Shown: positions 28,626 through 38,576, numbered from the stretch's first letter. The stretch is 64,000 nucleotides of DNA from a virus (IMGVR_UViG_3300027808_000017:1-64000), one strand, 5' to 3'. Made by a program: numbers and translations. Notes: a model not told the origin generated them from the sequence alone.

Positions 28626-29093
28626 ATGGGTACACGTTCACTTATCGCAGTTGTTCATGGTGATAACTACAAAACAGTTTATTGTCATTGGGATGGCTAT
28701 CTGTCACACAATGGTCGTATTTTGCAAAAACACTATGATTCACCTAAAGCAAACAATCTTGTTGCAATGGGCAATATCTCTAGTCTCAAAGCTAACATTG
28801 GTAGAAAACACCCCTTCAGTGCGTTTGACATTCCCGGCATGTCTCCAAGTGCATGGGAAAATAAGTATGGCAACATGACTACATTCTATGGTCGTGACCG
28901 CGGAGACGAAGGTCAAGAGTTTGTCACACATACCAGCAAAGAATCACTAATTGAATCATTCAATGAGTCTTGGTGCGAGTTTGCATATATTATGAAAGAT
29001 GACATTTGGTATGTTATGTTTCAAGGTGATGAGAATTTTTATTTGTTGTCAGAAGAATTGGTTAAACAAAAAGATACAGTAGAGGCAGTATAA
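28626..29093 (+). CDS. hypothetical protein
   Basis: 155 aa. Confidence 0.5.
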   Translation: MGTRSLIAVVHGDNYKTVYCHWDGYLSHNGRILQKHYDSPKANNLVAMGNISSLKANIGRKHPFSAFDIPGMSPSAWENKYGNMTTFYGRDRGDEGQEFVTHTSKESLIESFNESWCEFAYIMKDDIWYVMFQGDENFYLLSEELVKQKDTVEAV

Positions 29094-29422
29094 TGGAAGC
29101 AGTTGTCGAGACTACAGTCTGGAACGATAGCAATAACGCTAATCATACCTATCTACTTGATGGCACCAAAATGATTGCGTACATTAAAGTAGGCGACACT
29201 GCTCCCTTTTATTTTAAAAACCCAATCACCATTGACAAACGTGGTCGGAAGTTTCAAGCATTGAAAGTTAATCCTTTCAAAAAGATAAAAGAAAAATCAA
29301 CAATAATTAAAGTGTCCGGTAGTAAAGGTAATATATATAGTATTGATACGGAAGACAAAACATGTACGTGTCCGGGCTATATGTATCGTGGTAGTTGTAA
29401 ACACATTACGGAGTTAGTATGA
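29093..29422 (+). CDS. SWIM-type zinc-finger protein
   Basis: C-terminal CTCPGYMYRGSCKH = CxCxnCxH SWIM signature. Confidence 0.5.
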   Translation: MEAVVETTVWNDSNNANHTYLLDGTKMIAYIKVGDTAPFYFKNPITIDKRGRKFQALKVNPFKKIKEKSTIIKVSGSKGNIYSIDTEDKTCTCPGYMYRGSCKHITELV

Positions 29423-29631
29423 ACGATTATAATACGCACATAGATCCCGAGTATCCATACTCTATTGTGATACCCGGTGACAATCTGGAAATGTCAGCAG
29501 TTAATAGCCCCACAAGTGTTTGGCTAAGAACTAAAAAGTATCCTTACATTGTAGGTGGTACTTTTGAAAGACACATTTTTAGGTTTAAAGAATACAAACA
29601 CGCTAAAGCGTTTGCGGCAAAATGGAAATAA
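29419..29631 (+). CDS. hypothetical protein
   Basis: 70 aa. Confidence 0.45.
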   Translation: MNDYNTHIDPEYPYSIVIPGDNLEMSAVNSPTSVWLRTKKYPYIVGGTFERHIFRFKEYKHAKAFAAKWK

Positions 29632-29637
29632 TTTATA

Positions 29638-30480
29638 ATGAAGATAGCAGTATGCAGTGACTTGCACTTAGAATTTGAAGACCTCATCCTCAAGAACGAA
29701 GAGGATGCAGAGGTCCTCATCCTGTCCGGCGACATTATGATTGCTGAGGACTTACACAGCCACCCTGTGAAGCATCCTATGGATCCTACTAACATTCCCA
29801 ATTTGGGTCGTAGACAAGAAGCCGCACAAAGGTTCCGTGATTTTCTTAGTCGTTGTAGTTTTCAATTCCCGCATGTAATTTACATTGCAGGCAATCACGA
29901 ATTCTATCATGGTAAGTGGGTAGCTAGTTTGAATCATCTACGTGAAGAATGTGCAAGATATCCTAATGTTTATTTCCTTGAGAATGATATCAAGGTTATC
30001 AATGAAGTGACCTTTATTGGTGCAACATTGTGGACTGACTGTAACAAGGCTGATCCATTGACTATGCATGCCTTGACTGATATGATGAATGACTTTAGAG
30101 TGATTCGTAATGATGAACTTGGATACACTAGATTGCGGCCTGCTCATATTGCAATGCGTCATAAAAAAACATTGGATTACTTCAAGCATGTTTTGGCTGA
30201 TAGAAAAGATGAGAAGTGTGTTATTGTTGGTCATCATTCACCTAGTCATTTAAGCATACATGAGATGTACAAGAATGATTACTTGATGAACGGTGGTTAT
30301 CACAGTGATTTAAGTGAATTCATTTTGGATCATCCGCAAGTTAAACTATGGACTCATGGTCATACGCACACACCTTTTGACTATGTGATTGGTGATACCC
30401 GAATCGTATGCAACCCAAGAGGGTATAAAGGACATGATGCAAGTGCCGATATTTTCAAACTTATTTTTGTAGATGTTTGA
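29638..30480 (+). CDS. calcineurin-like metallophosphoesterase
   Basis: motifs CSDLHLE, SGDI, AGNHEFY, GHHSP, HGHTHT. Confidence 0.65.
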   Translation: MKIAVCSDLHLEFEDLILKNEEDAEVLILSGDIMIAEDLHSHPVKHPMDPTNIPNLGRRQEAAQRFRDFLSRCSFQFPHVIYIAGNHEFYHGKWVASLNHLREECARYPNVYFLENDIKVINEVTFIGATLWTDCNKADPLTMHALTDMMNDFRVIRNDELGYTRLRPAHIAMRHKKTLDYFKHVLADRKDEKCVIVGHHSPSHLSIHEMYKNDYLMNGGYHSDLSEFILDHPQVKLWTHGHTHTPFDYVIGDTRIVCNPRGYKGHDASADIFKLIFVDV

Positions 30481-30498
30481 TTCACGTTAAATATTTTC

Positions 30499-31359
30499 AT
30501 GACCGAATCAACAGAATCGCAACCTGAAAAATTAGTACATTTAAAATTTATATTTAACCAGATCGGTGATCAGGTTTGTACTACAGGTTTGCCTGAAATA
30601 ATATACAAAAAAACAAATACCAAATCAGTAATCACTGATCCATTAATATGGGTATTCAAGCATAACCCATATGTTGTATTCATGACCGAAGAAGAGGCAA
30701 AGGACCTTCCTATGGCTGTAGTTCAGCCTGACACTAGGCATGAAGATCATCGACAAAAATATATGGATACTTTTGGTACGCAACTAATTTATGGACAACT
30801 TGAATTTATGTCTACTTTAATGGGTGTTCCAGGTATACATTTGCGTCATCCTAGATTGTATTTGCATGAAGATTCAGAGATAGTTCCACATAAGATTGTG
30901 GTTCACACTACTGGATCTGATAGAACACGATTGAATGAAGTAAACATCAGAACACATTTGGGTGAGGATAACGTCCGAGTAATGTCTGATGAAATAATTT
31001 CAGCTATTCTAAAGAATTATAAAAATTTCAAGATAGTACAAATAGGTGGAAAAGATGACAAACCACTAGGTGGTGATACCATAGACTTGCGTGGTAAGAT
31101 AAGTTTATGGGAAGTTGCCAAAGAGATATCTGAATCAAGTAGATTTATTGGTGTTAATTCAGGATTAATGCATATTGCTAATTGCTATCCTAGAGTTGAT
31201 AAAAGAATTTTCCTAACAGAATTTCCTAGAGAATCCTTATTGAAGTGGTATCCAGGAGATATGAGAAACCTTTTGTTTTCCTGGGCCGACGCAACCAACA
31301 TGTATTTCAACAGAACAGTTGATGATATTGGATTGACATATTCTTACACGAAGATTTAA
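30499..31359 (+). CDS. putative GT9-like (heptosyltransferase-like) glycosyltransferase
   Basis: C-terminal FIGVNSGLMHIANCY resembles GT9 LIGNDSGPMHLAAA motif. Confidence 0.35.
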   Translation: MTESTESQPEKLVHLKFIFNQIGDQVCTTGLPEIIYKKTNTKSVITDPLIWVFKHNPYVVFMTEEEAKDLPMAVVQPDTRHEDHRQKYMDTFGTQLIYGQLEFMSTLMGVPGIHLRHPRLYLHEDSEIVPHKIVVHTTGSDRTRLNEVNIRTHLGEDNVRVMSDEIISAILKNYKNFKIVQIGGKDDKPLGGDTIDLRGKISLWEVAKEISESSRFIGVNSGLMHIANCYPRVDKRIFLTEFPRESLLKWYPGDMRNLLFSWADATNMYFNRTVDDIGLTYSYTKI

Positions 31360-31396
31360 AACGGGTAAAATTTAAAAAAGAGTTTACCAAATACTA

Positions 31397-31425
31397 TTGT
31401 AATAGTCCTGTCTTTATATTATAAT
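31397..31425 (+). promoter_or_regulatory. putative sigma70 promoter
   Basis: TTGTAA-17-TATAAT. Confidence 0.35.
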
Positions 31426-31469
31426 CTGTATACGTTGTGAGAGCAACGATTTTTTAAGGAAGAAAAAAT

Positions 31470-31733
31470 ATGAACAAGCAAGTAACTAAGCAAGAACGCC
31501 TTATCGAGGCATTCAAGTCAGGCGAAAAACTGACAGCGGCACAAATCAAAGCACGTTTTGGTATTGCCAACCCAACCGCAACCGTAAGTGATTTGCGTTT
31601 GCGTAGTGGATTTGCTATCTATGCAAATCAACACACCGATACTAAAGGTCGTGTTAGCACCAAGTACCGTTTAGGTAACCCTAGCCGCGAAGTTGTTGCC
31701 GCAGGATATCGTGCATTGGCACTTATCGCCTAA
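31470..31733 (+). CDS. hypothetical small basic protein (possible DNA-binding)
   Basis: 87 aa; RBS AAGGAAGAAAAAAT. Confidence 0.5.
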   Translation: MNKQVTKQERLIEAFKSGEKLTAAQIKARFGIANPTATVSDLRLRSGFAIYANQHTDTKGRVSTKYRLGNPSREVVAAGYRALALIA

Positions 31734-31754
31734 TCTCTTTATTGAGACTACTGA

Positions 31755-31780
31755 AAAAGGGTGTTTATCACCCTTTTTTC
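31755..31780 (+). terminator. rho-independent terminator
   Basis: AAAGGGTG-TTTATC-CACCCTTTT then T-run. Confidence 0.65.
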
Positions 31781-31782
31781 AT

Positions 31783-31811
31783 TTGCACATAATTAAGTTA
31801 TGTGTTATAAT
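31783..31811 (+). promoter_or_regulatory. putative sigma70 promoter
   Basis: TTGCAC-17-TATAAT; RBS AAAGGAG follows. Confidence 0.45.
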
Positions 31812-31829
31812 ATATGAAAGGAGAATTCA

Positions 31830-32354
31830 ATGGGTTTATTTCATAAGATAATGAACAAGCTAGGTCGTTATCGCCTAATTCCAGATCGTAGAACAGGTGA
31901 AGACTATATGCATCGCTACTATCTGTTTCTTAAAGACCGTACATGGTTTCCCTTCAATTTCACATTACACAAGATTGTAAAAAGTGACGATCCAATTTTT
32001 CACGACCATCCTTGGGCTTTTATGACTATTGTTCTTAAAGGTGGTTACTGGGAACATACACCTGTCTTTAATTCTGAAGGTAAAAAGATTGCTGAGTTTC
32101 AACGTTGGCACGGTCCAGGTAGTATTATCTTTCGCCGAGCAAAAGATTTTCATTGGCTAGAACTTGACTGGATGGTTGGCCCTGCAACTACATTGTTCTT
32201 CATGGGTCCTCAAGTGCGTGACTGGGGATTTCTAATCAATAGAACTAAAACAAAAAACCAGTGGGTTCAACATGAAAATTATCTGAACAATTACCAAGAT
32301 TATCACAAGAAATACATAGAGCCAAAAACAATGGCAAGTAGAAAGAAACCATAA
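31830..32354 (+). CDS. hypothetical protein (possible cupin-like)
   Basis: 174 aa; HDHPW...WEH...H pattern. Confidence 0.4.
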   Translation: MGLFHKIMNKLGRYRLIPDRRTGEDYMHRYYLFLKDRTWFPFNFTLHKIVKSDDPIFHDHPWAFMTIVLKGGYWEHTPVFNSEGKKIAEFQRWHGPGSIIFRRAKDFHWLELDWMVGPATTLFFMGPQVRDWGFLINRTKTKNQWVQHENYLNNYQDYHKKYIEPKTMASRKKP

Positions 32355-32578
32355 TGTACATCACACTAACAAACGCCGCAGAGTCACACAAAGGAAACAA
32401 GATTGCAATTAATACAAGTTTAATTGCAACTGTACATCAATCAACAGTTAAACAAGATGACGGTATTATTGGACATGTAACTTATATTTTCTGCCCACCT
32501 CATGGTACATGGGAAGTCAGTGAATCACTTGAAGATGTAGTTAAAGAATTAAATTCTTTAGAATGGAATAAAAAATGA
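32354..32578 (+). CDS. hypothetical protein
   Basis: 74 aa. Confidence 0.45.
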   Translation: MYITLTNAAESHKGNKIAINTSLIATVHQSTVKQDDGIIGHVTYIFCPPHGTWEVSESLEDVVKELNSLEWNKK

Positions 32579-32856
32579 ATGAAGATACACGTGAAGTCTT
32601 GTTAATTCTGCAAGAAGAATGTGCAGAGGTAACTCAAGCGGTCAGTAAGTGTTTTCGTTTTGGTCCCGATCAAATGAAACCTGGTAAGGATCGCACTAAT
32701 ATTAATATGCTTGAAGAAGAAATTGGCGATCTGTTTGCTATGGTTGAGTTACTTACTGACTTAAATGTTGGTGTAACAGTTGAGGGCATTCAACAAGCCA
32801 AGATGAAGAAGTTTGAAAAATTGAAGATTTGGTCTGACTTAAAAATTAATAAATAA
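32575..32856 (+). CDS. MazG-like nucleoside triphosphate pyrophosphohydrolase
   Basis: LQEECAEV...EEEIGDLFAMV: EExxE/D metal-binding pattern of MazG/dimeric dUTPase family. Confidence 0.55.
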   Translation: MNEDTREVLLILQEECAEVTQAVSKCFRFGPDQMKPGKDRTNINMLEEEIGDLFAMVELLTDLNVGVTVEGIQQAKMKKFEKLKIWSDLKINK

Positions 32857-32860
32857 TATT

Positions 32861-33214
32861 ATGGAAATATTACTTCTTATCGTTGGTCTTGTAATTGGTT
32901 ACCTAATAGGTGAGTCCTATTGTTTGTTCAAAATGCGTCATATTATTCTGGATGTAGCTTCAAAAGAAGGCATTTATCTTGATGATGAAATAGAGTCTAA
33001 AGGCAAGGTAATAGAAGTACACAAGTTAAGAATTCAAAATATCAATGATATGTTGTATCTTTATACTGATGCAGAAGATTTCATATGTCAAGCCAAAACG
33101 TTAGAAGAATTAGCCACACTATCACAACAATATAAAAACATCAACTACGCCGCAGTGATTCATGATAACAAAGTGTTCACTTTCATCAACGGCAATGTAA
33201 CTGAAAAAGAATGA
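32861..33214 (+). CDS. membrane-anchored hypothetical protein
   Basis: N-terminal TM MEILLLIVGLVIGYLIG. Confidence 0.45.
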   Translation: MEILLLIVGLVIGYLIGESYCLFKMRHIILDVASKEGIYLDDEIESKGKVIEVHKLRIQNINDMLYLYTDAEDFICQAKTLEELATLSQQYKNINYAAVIHDNKVFTFINGNVTEKE

Positions 33215-33750
33215 AAATCAAAATTAACAAGTGGCCCAAAGGGGCAGGAGATCAAAAAGTTGATATCCAAATTGATTCATGGGATACATGGAACATGGAT
33301 GGTACCTTGGCTAAAATCATCTACCCAATGTTGATTCAACTAAAAGCTACTAAGCACGGTATACCTAACGAATTTGTAAATGATGTTGGTGGTGAAGATT
33401 ATGTTGACCAAGAAAGTTTTGACTTTTATAAAGAAACTCACAAAGAATCCTGGGATATTGCAGCAAAGCAGTGGGATGAAACACTTGATAAAATGATCTG
33501 GTCGTTTGGTCAAATTGCTTATGAAGATTATGATGATAAGTATCATCACGGCAAAGCTGAGTATGATTGGGTTGATTCTGATAAGACATATCCAAACCCA
33601 GTTACTGGTAAATTAGAACCCACATATCGAATGGTTGACAAGAACCCAGGTGAACATTGGTATGATCATGTAGGTCATCAACTGCATGAACAGCGTATAC
33701 AAGAAGGTTTTGAATTGTTCGGTAAGTATTTTCGTAATCTTTGGGACTAA
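33211..33750 (+). CDS. hypothetical protein
   Basis: 179 aa. Confidence 0.45.
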   Translation: MKIKINKWPKGAGDQKVDIQIDSWDTWNMDGTLAKIIYPMLIQLKATKHGIPNEFVNDVGGEDYVDQESFDFYKETHKESWDIAAKQWDETLDKMIWSFGQIAYEDYDDKYHHGKAEYDWVDSDKTYPNPVTGKLEPTYRMVDKNPGEHWYDHVGHQLHEQRIQEGFELFGKYFRNLWD

Positions 33751-33751
33751 C

Positions 33752-34009
33752 ATGAACGCATTTGACCATATGGTAACTATTCTATCCGCTGAGGCGTATA
33801 AAGATAATGATTTTACACCTATTAGTAAAGATGAGTATGCTAAATTTTGCAAAGAGTATATTTTTGAAAAACTAAAAGAGATACGATTTGGTACAGCCTT
33901 TCAAAAAAGATTTGGCGTAAGAGATAGAGTACTAAGTATATTTAGCGAACAGAAAGATGCCATGGATCATATTGAGAGATATTATATAGGGGAAAGTAAT
34001 GAGTGGTGA
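33752..34009 (+). CDS. hypothetical protein
   Basis: internal Met MNAFDHM of track ORF 33686-34009. Confidence 0.4.
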   Translation: MNAFDHMVTILSAEAYKDNDFTPISKDEYAKFCKEYIFEKLKEIRFGTAFQKRFGVRDRVLSIFSEQKDAMDHIERYYIGESNEW

Positions 34010-34799
34010 AATAGAAAATATACGCAAGAGAGGAATTGTAGTAGAAACCGCAGTTGATGCTAATAGGATTTTAGGTTTAATTAATAAATTAAAACCAATA
34101 CAAACTCAATATGAATTAATGCGTGTAGGTCACGACAGAGAAGGGGGCTATTTAATTCCAGATGACATTGTTGGGATAGCAACTTGTTTTTCTGCTTGTT
34201 CCTCTATAGATAGTTCAGTTGCATTTGAACAAGATTTGCATGAATCATTTGGTATTAATTCGCATCTAGTAAATTTTTCTATGGAAGAAGTACCTGGATA
34301 TATTACACCATTGTCATTCATTCCAAAATTTTTAGGTCCAACTAATAATAATACGGATATAACATTAGATTCTTGGGTCAAAGAAACAGTAGAATACGAA
34401 TATTGTGGAGTGCATCAATTAATGCTTAAATTAGATTGTGAAGGTAAGGAATATGGTGCTATTCTTTCCTCCTCTGAGGAAATTCTTAAACAATTTAGAA
34501 TTATAGTCTTAAAATTAACTGATGTTGATAAATGGGGGCATCCGTCTTTCTTTAAAATTGTCGAAGATTTTACCAACAAACTATTACAACATTTTAATGT
34601 AGTACATATTCATCCAGACAATAAAGGAATCATCAAAAATATTAATGGGATAGATTTACCAGAAACAATAGAGATTACCTTTCTTTCTAAAAAAAGATGT
34701 AAGGTATTGGGATATGTAAATTCATTGCCAGATGAATTAGATAAACCATGCAATCCGGATTTAGTTGATATAGCGTTACCTGATATTTGGTATAAGTAA
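33999..34799 (+). CDS. hypothetical protein, tandem paralog A
   Basis: shares GGYL(I/V)PDD, ESFGINSHL, DSWVK, KWGHPSFF, LLQHFxVVHxHP, LPDIWYK with next ORF. Confidence 0.5.
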   Translation: MSGEIENIRKRGIVVETAVDANRILGLINKLKPIQTQYELMRVGHDREGGYLIPDDIVGIATCFSACSSIDSSVAFEQDLHESFGINSHLVNFSMEEVPGYITPLSFIPKFLGPTNNNTDITLDSWVKETVEYEYCGVHQLMLKLDCEGKEYGAILSSSEEILKQFRIIVLKLTDVDKWGHPSFFKIVEDFTNKLLQHFNVVHIHPDNKGIIKNINGIDLPETIEITFLSKKRCKVLGYVNSLPDELDKPCNPDLVDIALPDIWYK

Positions 34800-34822
34800 A
34801 ATATAAATTATAAAGGAAAATA

Positions 34823-35587
34823 ATGCCAAACGAAACTATTGTTGAACTTGCTGTAAGTGCGGATAGGCTTGTCAATTTGATTAGTAAATTAAAGCCAGTA
34901 AAAACACAAACTGAACTAATGAGAGTTGGATCTACCCAAGATGGTGGATATTTAGTTCCGGATGATGTCGGGGGGATAATTGCATGTTTCTCTCCTGGAG
35001 TAGAACATACATCAACATTTGAATTAGATTTACTTGAATCTTTTGGAATCAATTCTCATTTAGCAGATTATTCAGTAGACGGTCCTCCTGCATATTTTAA
35101 CCCATTATCGTTTACTAAAAAATTCTTGGGCGCAATAAACAATGATGTATATATGACAATGGATTCATGGGTAAAGAGTACACCTGAATACGAATCTATT
35201 GGTGATTTTCTACTTCAAATGGATATTGAATTTGGTGAGTACAGTACATTGCTTGCAACTTCGGATGAGATTCTTAAAAGATTTAGAATTATAGTTATTG
35301 AAGTACATCACATTGACAAATGGGGACACCCCTCTTTCTTTAACATAGCAGAATCATTCTTTGATAAACTGTTACAACATTTTCATGTAGTACATGCACA
35401 TCCTAATAATTATGGCACTGTTATTAATGTTAATGGAGTAGAGTTACCGCAAACTATTGAATTTACTTTACTTGCAAAAGACAGATGTAATATATCAGGG
35501 TTTGTTGATACTTTTCCAGATGAATTAGATAGTCCGTGCTGCCCTGATAAAAATGAACTAGTGTTACCTGATATTTGGTATAAATGA
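34823..35587 (+). CDS. hypothetical protein, tandem paralog B
   Basis: collinear homolog of 33999-34799. Confidence 0.5.
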   Translation: MPNETIVELAVSADRLVNLISKLKPVKTQTELMRVGSTQDGGYLVPDDVGGIIACFSPGVEHTSTFELDLLESFGINSHLADYSVDGPPAYFNPLSFTKKFLGAINNDVYMTMDSWVKSTPEYESIGDFLLQMDIEFGEYSTLLATSDEILKRFRIIVIEVHHIDKWGHPSFFNIAESFFDKLLQHFHVVHAHPNNYGTVINVNGVELPQTIEFTLLAKDRCNISGFVDTFPDELDSPCCPDKNELVLPDIWYK

Positions 35588-36126
35588 AACAAAAATTTAT
35601 AGATTACTTCATGGATGTAGCTGAACGCACTAGTCAGTTAAGCCATGCTATACGATTGCAAGTTGGTGCTATCATTGTTAAAGATGATAGGATCATCAGC
35701 ATCGGATACAACGGTATGCCTAGTGGTTGGGACAACAATTGTGAAGATAAAGAATACATGAGTAGTGATGCCGGGGGTTGGTTAGATCCTAATGAGATTT
35801 ATGAACGATGGCCGTTTGAAGAAAAACCCAGAATTCAATGGTTTGGGGATGACTCTATAACTGTTACCAATAGATATAAACTGAAAACGAAACAAGAGGT
35901 GTTACATGCTGAAACAAATGCGATTGCAAAACTGGCTAAGTCTAACGAATCTGGTGTGGGTGCTACTTTGTTTATTACCCATTCTCCATGTTTGGACTGT
36001 GCCAAACTTATATACCAAAGTGGTATTAACAACGTTCTATACCGTAACACTTATCGTAGCGATGATGGTATAGATTTCTTAAACAAGAGTGGAGTCAATG
36101 TCACCCAACACACAGTACAAAACTGA
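35584..36126 (+). CDS. dCMP deaminase
   Basis: zinc-binding HAETNAI ... PCLDCAKLI (H-A-E / PCxxC). Confidence 0.8.
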   Translation: MKQKFIDYFMDVAERTSQLSHAIRLQVGAIIVKDDRIISIGYNGMPSGWDNNCEDKEYMSSDAGGWLDPNEIYERWPFEEKPRIQWFGDDSITVTNRYKLKTKQEVLHAETNAIAKLAKSNESGVGATLFITHSPCLDCAKLIYQSGINNVLYRNTYRSDDGIDFLNKSGVNVTQHTVQN

Positions 36127-36298
36127 AATAAACATTAAGTTTGGTCAACTAGCACCAATCATGCACTGGTGCCAAACTCAATGTAATTGTGATTGGGGTT
36201 ACAAAATGTTAGACAATGCAGGATATCATCCAGGTAAATATGAATTTTACTTTGAAGATGAGAAAGATTACGTTAACTTTATACTTTGGAAAAAATGA
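36089..36298 (+). CDS. hypothetical small Cys-containing protein
   Basis: track ORF; true start may be Met 36161 (MHWCQTQCNCDWGY). Confidence 0.35.
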   Translation: MESMSPNTQYKTEINIKFGQLAPIMHWCQTQCNCDWGYKMLDNAGYHPGKYEFYFEDEKDYVNFILWKK

Positions 36299-36546
36299 AG
36301 TACTTTACTTTTTACCGTGAATCAAATAACTTTGATGACATATTAAACGATATCAATCTTAAAAAATTGATTACTACTAAACTGCGTTGGGATAATTACC
36401 TAATGATTGGCATCAGCAAATATAAAAAAGATGCGGAAAAGATATTCAGCTATGTCACACTTAAGTATGGTGATGAGATGCGTAACCGATTGACTAAAGA
36501 CTATAGCCCTGTACCAAATGTGGATTACATCCCTATTAGAAAATAG
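36286..36546 (+). CDS. hypothetical protein
   Basis: 86 aa. Confidence 0.4.
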   Translation: MEKMKYFTFYRESNNFDDILNDINLKKLITTKLRWDNYLMIGISKYKKDAEKIFSYVTLKYGDEMRNRLTKDYSPVPNVDYIPIRK

Positions 36547-36714
36547 TCATTTGGTTACTTTGTGCAAAAAATGATCCTATACTATATAGTACTTGAACTA
36601 GAATAAACCCAGCATTCAATACACCAAACAACAAATACATAGCCGTTAATGCCATGATTAAGCTATGTAATGCTGGATTCATCAATAATTTTTTTATTTT
36701 TTGGCAAATATTTT

Positions 36715-37014
36715 TCATCGTTTACTTTGTTGTACCTTTTCTGTTGTAGTATTAGAGCAACTAACCGCATTGCTACGAAATGTTTTATATATTGTTGCCT
36801 TATTACCCTCTCTACAATGGTACTCGCATATTTGCATACCGTTATCTGTAACCGAGGTATAGGCTAAATCACATTGACTATTTATTAGTTTTGTTTTTTC
36901 TATCTTATGAGTTGATTCTGAATTTATATTTATATATAAATTCTTCGGGACAAGCGGTGCTACCACAGTAACTACGGCAGCAACACCCAATAAGAAATTA
37001 TTGAATTTTATCAC
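36715..37014 (-). CDS. secreted Cys-rich small protein
   Basis: signal peptide MIKFNNFLLGVAAVVTVVAPLV; 6 Cys. Confidence 0.45.
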   Translation of the reverse strand: MIKFNNFLLGVAAVVTVVAPLVPKNLYININSESTHKIEKTKLINSQCDLAYTSVTDNGMQICEYHCREGNKATIYKTFRSNAVSCSNTTTEKVQQSKR

Positions 37015-37126
37015 TACGTATAGTCCTTTCTTGTTTTATTTTTTAGTGCAACTATACTAGAATATTTACCCCACGTGGACAGGCAATATCTTACTAGATA
37101 TTGGTAAATTCAATTAACTGAGTATA

Positions 37127-37468
37127 TTAAATGTTATTAGGATTGCTTCCGGCATTGCCGGAACCTAATACACATGCAGTAGTATCGGTGTACTCTACTA
37201 CAGTCCAAGTTTTCTTTTCTTTGTTTACTAGTAAAGCAAGATGACTGTTGGTGTTTGACTTACCAACCCACACAGGTGTTTCTCCAAATTCTTTGGCAAA
37301 ATGCGGTATCACAAAGTCTGCATTACTACATTTTAATGGCTTTTGTAATTGGATAATTTCTTGTGCGTGGCCAGTTAAACAAACCAACAATGACAGTGCT
37401 AATAATTTTTTCATTGTATACGTCCCTAAGGCAACGGACTGCTGGAGGGTCCTGATGAATGTATACAT
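37127..37468 (-). CDS. secreted small protein (paralog 1)
   Basis: signal peptide MKKLLALSLLVCLTGHAQ; shares EFGxxxxWVG...TWTVVEY...AC with next ORF. Confidence 0.5.
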   Translation of the reverse strand: MYTFIRTLQQSVALGTYTMKKLLALSLLVCLTGHAQEIIQLQKPLKCSNADFVIPHFAKEFGETPVWVGKSNTNSHLALLVNKEKKTWTVVEYTDTTACVLGSGNAGSNPNNI

Positions 37469-37731
37469 GCAACACTAGAACTATACTGAACTACAGTAAA
37501 TGTTCCTGTAACACGATTACGCATCACTGCAATAGTTGTGGGGGTTTTAGTTAAATTGTCTTGTCCCACCCATATTTGTTCTTGACCAAATTCTCTAGCC
37601 AAGAATTCTAACATAGCTTGTGCCGGGGCACAACTTAATTGCACTTCAGCTTGGAACATGCGATTTGGTACTTGGGCGCTGGCTATAGAGCTAATTAGGC
37701 AGAATAGGAACGCCGCTATTGATTTTTGCAT
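37426..37731 (-). CDS. secreted small protein (paralog 2)
   Basis: signal peptide MQKSIAAFLFCLISSIASAQV. Confidence 0.5.
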   Translation of the reverse strand: MQKSIAAFLFCLISSIASAQVPNRMFQAEVQLSCAPAQAMLEFLAREFGQEQIWVGQDNLTKTPTTIAVMRNRVTGTFTVVQYSSSVACIHSSGPSSSPLP

Positions 37732-37781
37732 AATGGATCCTTAAAATAGTATTGAATAGTATTTATCTTCGCTGGTATTAG

Positions 37782-38564
37782 TTAATTTAACAAATCTGGT
37801 TGTTCTTTTAGGATTCTATGATACAGTGGTTGAAAACTAAACCAACCTGCAAATGCTGATCCCACGATTGAATACGATTGTTCACATGATTCCGTAGAAA
37901 TACTTTTTGGGCTATGGGTGACACCCGCAGATTCTGTCAATAACTGTACCTGACAACTTCTTTCCATGGTAATAAACCACCATGCGGCTGCGTCAACAGT
38001 ATCGCCCACAGTCAGCAAACCGTGATTTTGTAGGATTACCGCTTTGTTTGCCCCCAGTGCATTGGCTATTCTTTTACCCTCATCAAGTTCAACTGCCACA
38101 CCACCAAAGTCTTGATATACTGAATGATCATTGTAAAAAGCACAAACATCTTGTGTCAGCATGTCAAGAGGTTTACCAAATGTGCTCCATGCCCTACCGT
38201 ACATACTATGTGAATGTGCCGCTGCCATAGCATCAGGTCGGGCGTGATGAACACTGCTGTGTATTGCAAAACCTGCTGTGTTAACAGGATGATTACCTTC
38301 AATGACATTTCCTGAATGGTCTACTCTGAGCAAATTAGACACACACACCTGACTAAAATGCACTCCAAACGGATTAATCCAAAACGTGTCTAAAAATTCT
38401 GGATCCCGAGCCGTTATATGCCCCGCGACACCTTCATCAAATCCAAATTTTGAAAAAAGACGAAACGCCGCAGCCAGGCGCTGTTTGCAATGAAGTCGGT
38501 GGTCTTGGGGATTTGAAAACACCGGCGGGGTTGGTAAATCTAATGCCATTTTACGTTGATCCAT
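37782..38564 (-). CDS. class II aldolase/adducin-domain protein
   Basis: GHITARDP..., HSH, LQNHGLLTVG motifs typical of class II aldolase/adducin N-terminal domain; G+C-richer. Confidence 0.55.
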   Translation of the reverse strand: MDQRKMALDLPTPPVFSNPQDHRLHCKQRLAAAFRLFSKFGFDEGVAGHITARDPEFLDTFWINPFGVHFSQVCVSNLLRVDHSGNVIEGNHPVNTAGFAIHSSVHHARPDAMAAAHSHSMYGRAWSTFGKPLDMLTQDVCAFYNDHSVYQDFGGVAVELDEGKRIANALGANKAVILQNHGLLTVGDTVDAAAWWFITMERSCQVQLLTESAGVTHSPKSISTESCEQSYSIVGSAFAGWFSFQPLYHRILKEQPDLLN

Positions 38565-38576
38565 AATTATTTTCTT

